From the NCBI GenBank assembly GCA_004022145.1, contig RCNU01000002.1: a stretch of DNA of 64,000 bases, one strand, 5' to 3'. The position numbers and the translations under genes were made by a program. Origin of the DNA: Paecilomyces variotii (Eukaryota). Under the pieces are notes generated by a model. It made no database searches. It was not told the origin of the DNA and was given only the letters and a program-made list of their open reading frames with translations. Positions 1 through 12,114 of this stretch are shown here, in pieces (positions within the stretch are counted from its first letter, which is position 1; the number at the start of each line of letters is the position of its first letter).

Positions 1-1981
1 TATGCGCTCTCTGCTGCTACGATATCACACCATGCCCCACGACCAAGTGAGGACTACCTGGAAGAGCTTGAGGAGCCAATCCAGGCTAGCCGGATACACA
101 ACATAGCAAAGACGAATGCCCAGCTTTACACCTCGAACCCGCCAGTCGATGTGGAAACCGAGGAGCAAATTCGGAAGGACACATTAAGGGCGGCAGCCAT
201 CTCGATGGCACAGGAAATGTACACCAGAGCTCAGAAAGGGGCGCAAGAGGACGAAGGCGCGACCCTCGAAGCAGTCCAGGGCGCTCAAAGAGGTCATTCC
301 AGGCTAGGCAAACGAACTTCGTTGCCAGGGACTGACGAGTCAGCTACTGCCCGGGCCGTTAACCTGCAGCTAGCGGCTCAAAAGCTCGCGTCGGAGAAGC
401 TTGCCAGAATGCAGAGTCAGAATGAGTACGAAATATACTACGGGACCGCGCAGCCGCCGCGCGCGCGTCGCTCTGTCACAGGTCGACTGAGGCGGAGAAC
501 ATCAAGTGAAACCGATACATCCAGACTCGACATGGAGCGTTCCATCCGGATAAGAAATCAGATGTCGACCCTGCAGACTCAACTTCACGAAGTGGACGAG
601 AAAAGGCGAAGAGATCGTGAGGATCTGATGGAGATCGCTATGAGAAACGCCCGTGCTGCAATTCAAGATATCGACGACAGAGTCTATGCGGAGACTGGAA
701 AGCCATCTCCAGCCATGCAACGAGAATGGGAAGAGAAGGCGCAGGAGCGTGCAAAGCGTAGTCTCGAGGCCGAGTCTCGTCTGGATATGCGTGGGAAAGT
801 AGAGATTGGCGAACGACAATACGTGGATGCCATTGACGTAGAGGCGGTTGCATTGTCGCGGATCCGCCCTACACTCGATGAAATTGATCAGCGTGCGGAG
901 GAACGGAAAGCTCGAGAAATCGAACGACGCCTAGATGAAGAGGAGAGGAAGAGACTCGAGGCGATTGAGCGCGAAAGAGAAGCTGACTTGAAGGCAGCAA
1001 TGAAGGCACAAAAAGGTATTCGCGACCTTTGATAATATCTGGCAGAGCGGCTGACAAACTGACTGTTGAACAGCGGCGAGCAAAAAAGAAACGAAAGAGC
1101 GTAAGGCTGCTGCTGCTGAGCAGGAGATGTTAGACAAGGACGATGAATGGAAGATCTTCCGAAGAATGTCCAAGAGAGCCAAGGGCAGAGAGCCTGCTGC
1201 CGCCAACGAGGGTCCTACTTCAGGAGCTCAGGAAGCCCAGCAAGCCCAGGAAGCCGTTGCCGAGCAGAGGGCCCCGGAAGATGAATCTGGTACCGCAACA
1301 GGCGCCGCAGAGCAGGTCAGCCCTACTTCAACGTCTCCGAAAGGAGAATCTAGGCTCAAACATTGGTTCAGATCGACATTCGGCGCCCGGAGTTCGAAGC
1401 AAGCCGCCGAATCGCAGGAGACATCGAAGCCTGAGGAGGAGAGCACATCGAGTTTCGTCGGAGGCGCTGCCCTGACTGGTGCAACCAGAGACGATGCACG
1501 AGGAGCTGCACTTAGCTCCCATCCAGTCACAGAAGAAGAGCAGCCAAATGCTAACGGATATCATAATGACCAGGACGCCGGTGAAGGTGAAGTCGGGCAG
1601 TCTAGCGGTGCCTTACGTCAATGGAGCACATCTACTGGGCCATCAGAAAAGGACATGCGGCAGTCAAATGGACATTCTACGAGAAACGGAGAATCCAGGC
1701 GGTCTCGCCTGAAGACCAACTTCAAGGATATGATGAGGCGGCCCGAGAGTCGCAACGGATCTGCCCTGTCGCCTCCACAAAGCCCAACAACGCCAGGATT
1801 CGAGTCGACAGGTGCTGATACCAGCAGACCAGATCCTGTTCGAGCTGACACGGCAGAGCGTAACGAGTTACAGGATGCCTTCCGAGAAGAGACACTTCCT
1901 GCGCCCCCGCCTCTGCGCACTGTGGTTGGACGGACAAGCAGCAGCTCCAACCGAGACTCGAGATTCTTGGAGGACCTGTGA
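1..1981 (+). CDS. Eisosome protein 1 (Eis1-like) coiled-coil protein, 5'-truncated by the window; intron 1016-1073
   Basis: ORFs 151-1032 and 1127-1981 join in frame across a 58-nt GTATTC...CTGAC...CAG intron. The charged helical region (AAQKLASEKLARM...GKVEIGERQYVD...RIRPTLDEID) resembles the fungal Eisosome1 family. C-terminus is RDSRFLEDL. Confidence 0.65.
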
Positions 1982-2993
1982 CTATGTATTGGAATCTTCT
2001 CTGTTTCCGTCGCTGTTGCAGTAACTGTTTTGTGGTACGATTTGATGTCTTGTTTTCATATCCCCGCATTTCTGGGCGCTACCTTCTCACGTTACAGGAT
2101 ATTCCTACCTGAGGCATAAACAGTGCTTCTGGACATCATCAATCAGGATATCATAGAGGGCAGTGATCAAGAACGATGTATTATAAGCTCAAGTCCCTCT
2201 TTGGTTACCTCCATCATACCTCGATATTCCTCATTGAGCTTCATTCCGGGTTCCTTTTTACTGTTATGATTCCTTTTCTTCTCGGTGGCTTGTAAGGTTT
2301 CACATCATGATATCATGTTCGGCTTTCTGTACTGTTATCATTATCATTATGCCTGCTGGATGATGCTGTTATCCCCCCCTCTTGACTTTGTTTACTTTTA
2401 TCAACCCGGGAGACACATTCTCCTGTAATATCATGACTAGTCAATGCAATATCTGATTTTATATTGATGAGTTGGATTCACTTGGGTCTTGTAAATCCCA
2501 TACAAAGGATCCGCTTCTATTCCTTCTACAACATATCTGTAGCTCCCGTTCTCACAAGCCATATATATCCACATCTGCCTCAGTAGCAGTTCCTTCCCGC
2601 TTCCTTTAAAACTTAGGTTTTGATGGCCTAATTGCAACCATTCGATTCTTTGTGGATGCTTTTTACTCTCTAGATAATACTACTTTTTCTTTCACATACT
2701 ACTTGACTTGACCTCTCGGGACCTTTATACAGCGACGTCAATTAGAACCGGTTTGCTTCTATTCTGGAAGGAAAACTACTCTTAAAAACAATAGTTTCAT
2801 TACCACTCGTTTCACTCCCGCTGCGCTATCCAGCAATTCCACCATGACAACATGACTCAAACAACAAATAGAGAGCAAAGATACTAATATTCCATTTCCA
2901 TGACATTAGAATCGCGTACATAATCACAAAGAAAGAACATCCTCCTCTTACCACCACACTCTCACGCTCCCAACTCCATCTCATTCGAACCCT

Positions 2994-3411
2994 TCACTGA
3001 GTAATCTGGAACTTCCCCGAAAACCCAGCCTTATCCCCATTACCAGGCTCCATTGGTATGAGTGCAATCTGGTATCCATTCCCAACATACCCCTGGTTCA
3101 AAGAGACAGCGTAAGAATCAAGAGTAGTGTCAACATGACTGGCTAGCCGGCGGGCAAAATTCGTGGAATTGTTAACGAGAGAAATTCCAATTGGGTTCGG
3201 GTCTTCTGCGTTGTGCGTCCATCTGATCACTAAGCCTCCAGAGAGAGAGACGACGTCGCCTGCTTTCGGGGATGTGATGGTGAGGCCTGGATGATGAGAG
3301 GAGTTAGTGCTTTGTGAGACTGGATGATGATATAGAAGATGGTTATTTGGGGTTCTCACCCTGTACTAGAGCGGTTAGGCCGACGAAGGTGAGTCCGAAG
3401 ATGGGACGCAT
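2994..3411 (-). CDS. Small secreted protein (~114 aa) with a Kre9/Knh1-like N-terminal beta-sandwich domain; intron 3359-3287
   Basis: Exon 1 (3411-3360) encodes a signal peptide MRPIFGLTFVGLTALVQG. The intron is GTGAGA...CTAAC...CAG. Exon 2, LTITSPKAGDVV...IRWT...ISLVN...YQI...SGKFQI, fits the ITSP/W/YQI/S-x-x-F-x-I pattern of that family. Confidence 0.7.
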
Positions 3412-4803
3412 GGTGTGTTTGGTCTCTTGGGTTCTTGTATAGCTGAGAGAGAGAGAAGGATTAAATTGATTTTGAAGTTGCTAAGTACTGGCTTCTTAAA
3501 GTTAAAGTCCCGCTGGCTCTCACGAGAATTAAGTTAACATTATATTTATATATATTATTCCAAGCACCTAGATTACACAGTCTCACCATTGGAAAACACG
3601 TACCTGCTTATTCCCGAGCCGTGTACGACACCAACTCGCTTTGTGGCATCTGACCAACAATACCAGTACAGATATTATAATAATAGAGCAATAGTCTTAG
3701 CCGCAGACTATATATATACATCAAGGTACTTGGGACTGAGACATGGCCTATCAGATGCTTCAGATCCGGCAACGGCCCGACAAAAAGAAACGAGTAACGA
3801 GCATGAGACATTTAGGCAAGCCATAATAGGCAAGCTACCAATGATCTAAAAACACTCTTCCCGGTGCAAATAATTATTGAAGAAGTACTGGCTCTGTATA
3901 ACTTTGTCTCATGACGGCCACGTGTTCGACCCGGGCTTGCTTATTCTATACAAAGAAATGGCAGCATGCTATTTATGCAGGGCTCAGGATTTTGATTCGT
4001 AAAATTGCCCCTTTTATGACTCGCGATGTGTCTTATTTGACATGTTACTTGCTGGTAGAGTGAATCTTAGACATTTCTATGCCTTTTGCTAATATAGGCA
4101 TTAGCCTAAACTTGCTGCTTTCGAACCATCGGAAGGATGTATAACTGGGCTATTAATTCCCAAACAGTGGCAAGTACTATCCGGACACGCTCCTCGTCAA
4201 CGGTAGAGCTACAAGTATACTACACAGGGAGGTATCCATATTCACAGGGACCAAGAGTTGTATGTATATCGCAATGGGGCATTTTCGCAAGAAGAACGAC
4301 ACTTCTATCTGAGCGTTGAATATCATCATTGGAATTACTCAATCGATTCTGGAATTCTGTTACCGTAGTTTATTAATATGCTATCTTTGACAAGCAATTT
4401 TGGCTGGCAATCCCAATGTAGGAAATGAGACTCGCCAGGACCATCTAACCGTATGGCGAATATGCCTACTTTACTTACCTACCGCCGACTCGGAGAATGT
4501 ATTCGGACATACAAACCACCCCCACATTGCATGTACATACATACATACCATTAACCTACTCATCCTTATTCAGTCAAGAGTTTCTGTGCTGGCTTATTTG
4601 CCCTAATCACGGAACGCGATTAATACCTCCTGGTTGATCTATATCCATCTTATGTGCGAAAACCGGAGGATTAAACGGCGAATTCCGATTACCGCAACTC
4701 CCAATCATATTCACCACATGGCCATTATATACTCGTTCAGAGCACGCATGCAATCAACCAACTAGAAGGATCCTCTTTTGTTTACAAAAACATTATTTCA
4801 ATC

Positions 4804-5700
4804 ATGCATTACCACCATTTCATCAAATCTCGATTCCATCCTACGACCTTGCGAACTCTAGTGCAACCCTGCAAGGCCCAAATGTCAACAAAAACAACCA
4901 CCGTCACGCCAGGCTCCTCTGCGCATGACTGGTCCGCAACGCAGTATCTCAAATTCGCAGCCCAGCGCAACCGCCCAGTCAGGGATCTGATCGCTCAAAT
5001 CCCACTGTCATCGCCCAGAAAGATCGTCGATCTTGGCTGTGGTCCTGGGAACTCCACCCAGGCGCTGATAGAGCGGTTTCCCTCAGCTCAGATCCACGGG
5101 TTGGATAATTCCCCAGACATGCTATCTAAGGCACGGGCCAATGTGCCTCATATCGACTTTTCGTCGGCAGACTTGAATACCTGGACGCCTGGTCCGGATG
5201 ATGAGCTTCTCTTCTCCAATGCGGTCTTTCACTGGCTTCCTGACAGCGTCGGCCATATGGCGCGAATGCTGAATGCGGCGCGTCCTGGCGCGGTGCTAGC
5301 AGTGCAAGTGCCTGATAATTATCTCGAGCCGTCGCATGTCGCGATGCGCGAGACAGCCGCAGCCGGTCCATGGAAGGAGATTCTGGAGCCCTTGAAGCCA
5401 GCTTTGGATCCGATGCCGAGTCCAAGAGAGATATATAACAGACTACATGCGATTTGTACCCCTGGTGGCTTGGATGTGTGGCATACGTTCTATTCTCATG
5501 TTCTGGATGGTCCGGAGCAGATCGTTGAGTGGGTAAAGGGCAGTGGATTGAGGCCGTTTATTGATCCGTTAGAGAAGGGGCTGAGAGAGGAGTTCCTCCA
5601 GAAATACACGGAGAGGATTGCAGAGGTCTATCCGAGACTAGAGGATGGCAAGGTGTTGTTGAGATATCCTAGGTTGTTTATTATTGCTCAGCGCAAGTGA
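4804..5700 (+). CDS. tam: Trans-aconitate 2-methyltransferase (bacterial Tam-type class I SAM methyltransferase), intronless; second ATG at 4882
   Basis: Motifs WSATQYLKF..QRNRPVRDL, VDLGCGPGNST (SAM motif I), FSNAVFHWLPD, AVQVPDN, EWVKGSGLRPF and YPRLFIIA are colinear with E. coli-type Tam. Confidence 0.85.
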   Translation: MHYHHFIKSRFHPTTLRTLVQPCKAQMSTKTTTVTPGSSAHDWSATQYLKFAAQRNRPVRDLIAQIPLSSPRKIVDLGCGPGNSTQALIERFPSAQIHGLDNSPDMLSKARANVPHIDFSSADLNTWTPGPDDELLFSNAVFHWLPDSVGHMARMLNAARPGAVLAVQVPDNYLEPSHVAMRETAAAGPWKEILEPLKPALDPMPSPREIYNRLHAICTPGGLDVWHTFYSHVLDGPEQIVEWVKGSGLRPFIDPLEKGLREEFLQKYTERIAEVYPRLEDGKVLLRYPRLFIIAQRK

Positions 5701-5851
5701 TGTCTCTCCTTTGTTTGTGATATTCCTAGACTTCAAATTCAATTTCGGTTATGAAGAGCTGTCATATTCTATATGGTTTATAGTTTTCTATCTATCGCCG
5801 TGTATAGCAGCAAACGATCTAGTTTCGTCTAGAAAGATCATTATCTCGTTT

Positions 5852-7285
5852 CTAAAAAGGCTGGCTTGAGATGGCAACATTATGTCCCTCAATCTCGGGG
5901 AATTGCACCAGATCCTTATCACTCTTCTTCGCTTCCATCCAGGCACCCAAAGCAGTGAGAACCTTGGCTACATTCTCTTCCTTGCTGAGGTCAATCGGCT
6001 GCAGGTCCTGTCCGATCTGCTTGATATGGACACCGGATGTAGCACCCGTGAGGCCAAAGTCTCCCATGTCCAACTTCTGGATCATGGCACCCTTGAGCTG
6101 TCCGGAGAGGATATGAGCACAGAAATAGGGTTCCTGGCAGAGAGCACGGCCAATGCCGACACCGTCGCATGTTTCCAGGGCTTTGATCATGCCTTCGACG
6201 GTCTTCAGACCGCCAGTCACGTAGCTCTTGGTCTTGGAGAGTTCCGGCACGATGAGCTTGGCCCATTCCAGGTAGAACTATCAGACATTATTAGCCACTC
6301 CGAACTGACCATAACAAGGGCTAAACTCCCAGCACAGAGAGGAATATATTTAAGAAAAGACAAAACTCACCGCTTCACGATCCAACGTCGACGGCCTCTT
6401 AGCACCCATGAGCGGGAAGTTCTCATACGTGCCACCAGACAACTCGACAAAATCAAACTTATGCTCCTCCAAAGCACGACAGAGCTCCCTCGCCTCATCT
6501 GGCTGGAATCCCTTCTCCTGAAACTCGACACTGTTGATCTTGATACCCACAATGAAATCCTTGCTCACGCGTCTCGCAATCTCATCGCGCACCTCCAGGA
6601 CCAGACGCATGCGATTCTGCAAGTTTCCACCGTACTTATCCGTCCGCAGATTTGTACTCGGGGACAGGAACTGACTGAGTAGATAGCCATGCGCACCGTG
6701 CAGCTGCATGCCATCAAAGCCAGCCTTTTCGAGATACTCAGCCGCGTGAGCGAACCCGTCGATGATGGCAGCGATATCTTCCTCCGTCGCAGCGCGCGGC
6801 TTGCCAAAGGACATGCCAAAAGTGCCCTCCTTCACGGGGATATCGCTAGCACTGATCGGGTTCGGCTGCAGCTCCTTTGCGGTCTGACGACCAGGATGAC
6901 CGACCTGCGCAATGAGCAGAGATCCATTCGCCTTCGCCACAGACGCCATCTCAGAGAACCGCTCGAACCGCTCCCCGGAAAACGGAGCATTGCGCGGAAT
7001 GACCATATTGCCCGCTGTCTCCAGATGGGCCGGATCGATCATGACGTTTCCCGTCAGGCTGAGTCCGATCTGGCCCTCGCCCCAGCGCCGGTAGACATTG
7101 ATCAGGGCCTTGGTGGGGATACCGCGGGATTCGACATCGTCGAAGGAGAAAGAGGCCAGACGCTCACTCATGGCTCCTTTTAGGAATCGGTTTGGCGCCG
7201 TACGCCCCGAGAAGGCGAAGGTGAGAGGCTTGCCCAGGAGACTGGGGTCGACGTCGGCGCATTCGAAGCGTGGTGTAGAAGACAT
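5852..7285 (-). CDS. NADH:flavin oxidoreductase / Old Yellow Enzyme family protein; intron 6370-6278
   Basis: Motifs PNRFLKGAMSE, QVGHPGRQ, AGFDGMQLHGAHGYLLSQFLSPSTNLRTDKYGG, VGIKIN and DFVELSGGTYE. Splicing gives REA|FYLEWAK...VTGG...GIGRAL. Confidence 0.92.
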
Positions 7286-9066
7286 GATTGAGATCTATCT
7301 TTATCGAAATCTCTCTCTCACGAATAATGTCGAATCCACGATCTTCCTCTAAGGAGTTCTCCTTTTTGGTCGAATCAGTTAGGATCCTTCGACAAATAAT
7401 AACAGGTTCAAATAGAGAAAACTAACAAACCAACAAACAAAGCAGGAATATGATAATATAAACCAGATATACAAAAGAAATATCAAGCAATGCCACAATA
7501 ATAGATAAGATAGTTTTATTACTTCCAACCCAGCTATTTAATTATTAGCGTATAACCTAGTTAGTTACTTGAAACACAATAGTTTTACAACAATGCTGAC
7601 AAAACAACGTTTATCTAACCATTAGAAATCAAAAAGAAGCAGGTTAGTTATCTAAAAAGGATTGGTACAGATTGAGAAAAACTACTCCATAGCAGCTAAC
7701 TAGCTAGCTCAATATTAACGGGCTAACTTATGAAACACAGTCAAAAATCTGATTTGTAAGCCGGGTGTCTTCATTTTTTTTTGGTCCGATTTTCTTTTTT
7801 TGCCTCTCCCAACTTAGACCTTGGAACGTTATTATGCCAAGGCTACGCTACAATTTTACCCACAGTAATTATTATTTGAATCAATGATGGAACAAAAATA
7901 ATCTCGGGAGAGAAGGGGAGGCCGTAAATGCCGAGAATCTATGGGAACGGTGGAACCAGTCTAATTCCGGCTTCGGTTTGGTACCAAGTAGCGGGGGTAC
8001 CACTATATGGTACAATAATAATGCATAAGAGAGGAGATAAATTGGCATAATGTGCTTTAGACCCCGTTTAGACTTCAAGATGCGCTTTTTCCTGTATTTA
8101 GATTGTGGTATATAACTAGTTCACTAGAGCACTTGACGCAACTTTCCAGTTTGGCCTCCCCGGATCTGACGTGTTCTAATGAAAATATATAGCAAGCTAC
8201 TTACATCTGCCCAGCACTTTCCAAATTGAAATTGACAGATTTATCTCTTTGCGTCGTGGTGGGACAAACCGTGAGAGCCATACCTGGAAGTGTATATTGC
8301 AATGCAGCGGTTATTAAACTTACTCGAAGATATAAAAGAAATATATTTTCTCCACGGAACTCTAGATGCTCTGGTCATTGAAAAATAATCTAATACATTA
8401 TCTCAACAGAAAAAGATGTTAACTTAGCTACAAGCTTAAGCCGTGAGGTAATATAGTTTCTCGGAAAACTCCTATGGATATTGTTGCGGTATCTGATGCG
8501 CCCAAGGAAGTGCAATAAGTTCAAGTCCCTGCTCAATGGACCACTCCATACCATGAATAAATATGAATTGCATACCGAAATAATGAGATTAACATATCAT
8601 ATTCTGTGATGCGTTATTTGCCTTCCTGTATATAATCAGGGACTAGCTAACTAATGGCACCCTGTCGTATTCTGTACAATTTTCATATGCTCGTAAAACA
8701 GGAGCATAAACAAGCCAGGTCCCTGGTGGGAAATAAATACATAAAAAAAAACATAGGAAGAAGAACCAGAAAAGAAAAACTCCACAAGAAAAGCAGGGTA
8801 CAGCAGGACATATGCGATCGTGTTAATAATAATCACAGATACCTCCATCGCTTGCACGAAGCTTAAAATAACCGAGGAAAAAAGCAGTGTCCCATATCGC
8901 TACATATACCGATCTCCAATTGCGCCCAAATGCACAGCACAATATTAACATTATAGAAAGAAAACCGTCATGGAAAATATTCCGCAGGGGTAAAAAGAGT
9001 AACACATGAAGAAGAAAGAAAAAAAAGGAGTCGATCCGGACCGAAACTGGAATGTTGTCGGGAAAT

Positions 9067-10461
9067 TCACGCAAGTAATAGATTCCGGACCTTCTGTTGC
9101 TTTTCGCGGCTGATGCCTACGGAGAGGAGGTAGCCTTCGACGCCGCTGTATTTGTTGTCAAGGTGTGTCTTAATCGCTCGGATGAAGCCCGGTGGGCATT
9201 TCGTATACTCCTCGTCTAGCCCAATGGCTCGGATTTCCTTCATACGCTCTTCCATCTCCGGGATCAGCTCAGGCTCCGACTTGGAGTAGTCGGCTGTGAT
9301 ATCATCCAGAGGGACGGCATTGGTCAGGAAGAGGAGGAGCATGATGACGAGGCCCGTTCGGTCCTTTCCTTGCGTGCAATGCACAACTGTTGGGTAGGTC
9401 GAATCGTCACAGAGTAGATCGAAGAGTTCACGCATCTCGGAAATGCTGTTGTCGAGGGTATCTTTGGCCAATCCGATCAGGCCCCGTGGTTGCATGACTT
9501 GGCGACCGACAATGGTGATTGCATCCGAGCGATAGCCTGATGCGCTGAGACCAAGCACTTTCCTGCCATTAAGTCAGCTATAAGTCAAGGAAATGAAAAT
9601 ACAGTAACATGTGATCATACATGAAGTTGTACCAGTCTAGCCGCCATAGGAGAGCCTTTTCAAAGGCTTTCCCTGTGAGACTGATGCTATACCGTCGAAC
9701 ACCAGGCAACTCCAAGATATGCTCGTTTGGATTGGCTGGCACGGGCTTGTCCTGTTCCGCTGTTTCAGGGTACAAGGACGCTCGTCGCTTCTTGGTAGCC
9801 ATGACATGTTCAGTGCTGCATTGACCGTTAGCCAGGCGAAGGACCGAAGAATGGCTCTCTAGGAAAGAGCTCTAGGTCCAGTTGCACATACTTTGATCGA
9901 AGATCGATCACCGTTGAGATCGTCAATTCGTCCACTAGACGCTTCTTGTCTCTCTCTGATGCATCGTCTGGCTGAAGGTGGGGAAAGTGAGCGTTAGCTG
10001 TGTCAAATAATTTGATGAGGAGAATTTAAGAACAAAACAGAGAACTAGAAATGGAAAATGGATTTCTGGGTCCTTACCCTTGCACTGCGGTATAGCACAC
10101 CTTCCTTGATGATTCTACCGATTGTACATATTAGCGCCGCACCTCAAATTAGCCTAGCCGTGGGAGGTAGACAATGGACTGCGGTAGAAATAGAGATAAT
10201 TGGGGAAAACGTTCATATGGTATTGATAATGGACTGGATGTTGGATACGACTGTTAACACTAGGATTGGAACTCCATACCGTGAGCCATGGATCTTATTG
10301 ATAGAGCTTCCTACATCCCGGAAGTTCAAGATGTTATCGAATGGCCGGTCCGGAGACGCTAGATCAAAGCTGGTCTGGCCTGCTGGATCTGGAGACAGTC
10401 GCGGACTGCTCGACTTGCTGCTGCTGCTGCTGCTGCTGGACTTGGACTTCCTTTTGGCCAT
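9067..10461 (-). CDS. Protein tyrosine/serine phosphatase, IphP/Y_phosphatase3-like; five predicted exons
   Basis: Motifs NFRDVG, LYRSAR, VIDLRS and the P-loop HCTQGKDRTG (CX5R), then DYSKSE. GT-AG introns link the fragments. Confidence 0.85.
10416..10438. repeat. (CTG/CAG)n trinucleotide tract encoding poly-Ser in the phosphatase N-terminus
   Basis: tgctgctgctgctgctgctgctg seen directly. Confidence 0.85.
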
Positions 10462-12114
10462 GGTGGGAATATAATGTGACAGTTGAACGAACGGAGTGAG
10501 TCCCATGGAAAGTTGTCAGGCGATGGTCTGTCCCGCTCAGGCAGCAAAAAACCATGCGGAAGTGCGGGAGCTAGTTTGATTCCAGGGATCCAAATACAAC
10601 TGCTCCGGGATCAGATGAAGACCGGTGCTCAACAGTGAATCGTGGTGTAGAGGGCAAAGCTCTGTTGTTCCCAACTCCAAGCGAAGCTAGAGACCAAGGG
10701 AGAAATGAAGGAAAAGAAGATAGGCAAGCAAAGCAAGAGAAACGAAGGTTGTTGTTGTCCTCGGCCAGCAGCTGGATGACTTGGACTCCCGTCTCGTACC
10801 TGACGCGCGAAGGAGGTGGGAGGGAAAAAGGAACTATGCGGTCTTTTCTTCAATGTCAACAACGAACAAGAGCACGCAGCGCGTCCAGTCCGCCAGACAG
10901 CATCCCGAATGGCCGCGTACACCGTGTTTTGCAGGACTCGAGTCCTGAACAAGTCGGTGAGCGCGGGTGGGGCCGCCGTTGAAGACAGCGCGTGGAAGTT
11001 CGAGAATTATCGGATTCAAGCAAGTCAGACTGCCCAGGCTTGTCTTTGTCCGCTGCTGTTGGAGTGCAGTGGCTCTTGGGCGTCTGTTGGGTATTCGATA
11101 TTGGGCTATTACCGGGCCTGGATTCCTGGGGAAAGGAGAGGATCGTACGGAGTAGTTAAGTCTTGGATCCAAGATGCCGTTCTCAGGTGTCGATTAACTA
11201 CTCCGTACAACCAGAAAGAAAAGAAAGCAGTCGGGGCGATCCGAACCGGCCGCAAAAACCTGTTGTTGATCGATGCTAGATCGATGATAGTTTGGCAATC
11301 GACTCTTTTAACTTAGCGATAGTCAGCCATCGTTCCCTGATTGTCCGCCCATCGCCAATAACAAAGAGGGAGTCGGTTAATCGCGCTTGGACGCCACGTT
11401 CTCCTCGTGTCTCGACCATCTCGCAGTGGGTCTTCCTCCGCAAAAAACCCCTCGTAGATAATAGTATCGCCAGGTCGAACAAGGCAGCATACCATCCAGG
11501 GACTCGGGGTTGGATCCATTTGCAAGGGATCCGATCCGGAATCGATATTCCGCGGTTGGCGGTGTGTATGGTGGGATCGTCCATCCACAGTAGAAGACAC
11601 CAGATGATACTAGAACGAGATAGCCAGGTCTCGGAGTGAGCAGCGCGCGACATTTAGGGAAGTGGTGGAGGCATTGGACCGTACAAGCCTACAAGGTCAG
11701 ATCATAGTCGCGTAGGCGGGTATAGTTTCGAAAAAGGGTCAATAGGATAGGCGCTCTTGTACGTATCCAACGTTTCATTATACAATTGACATATATATGT
11801 ATAACACACCGAGTAGATCCATCCTTTCGCTGCGATACTGACCCATATTCCCAGCATTACGAAATAAAACAAAGCCAATCAATTCCAAAAGGCGCGTCCA
11901 GAAGCAAAGGGGCCCCAGAAAGGAAAGCCCGAGGTATCAAAATCAACGCAAAATGCAAGACGGGAAATTCTTTTGTATAACCCTGAAGAGAGGACACGAA
12001 ACAAGACAACCCATAAGCCGCCGGATCATGCATGCAGAATACGAACCAAAGGGAATTAGATAGTATGGCGCAAAATGAAATATGGTAAAGCGACTGTGTG
12101 ACAGGCGAATGAGA

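Noticed and set aside
5882-7183. Long plus-strand ORFs (266 aa and 164 aa) opposite the OYE gene
   Set aside because: Antisense shadows caused by codon bias; no recognisable motifs.
4804-7285. Secondary-metabolite gene cluster around the methyltransferase and oxidoreductase
   Set aside because: No PKS, NRPS, terpene synthase, transporter or cluster regulator nearby.
10629-11980. Overlapping 60-166 aa ORFs between the phosphatase and sfk1 genes
   Set aside because: No motifs, mostly non-ATG starts and mutual overlap on both strands. Treated as intergenic or UTR sequence.
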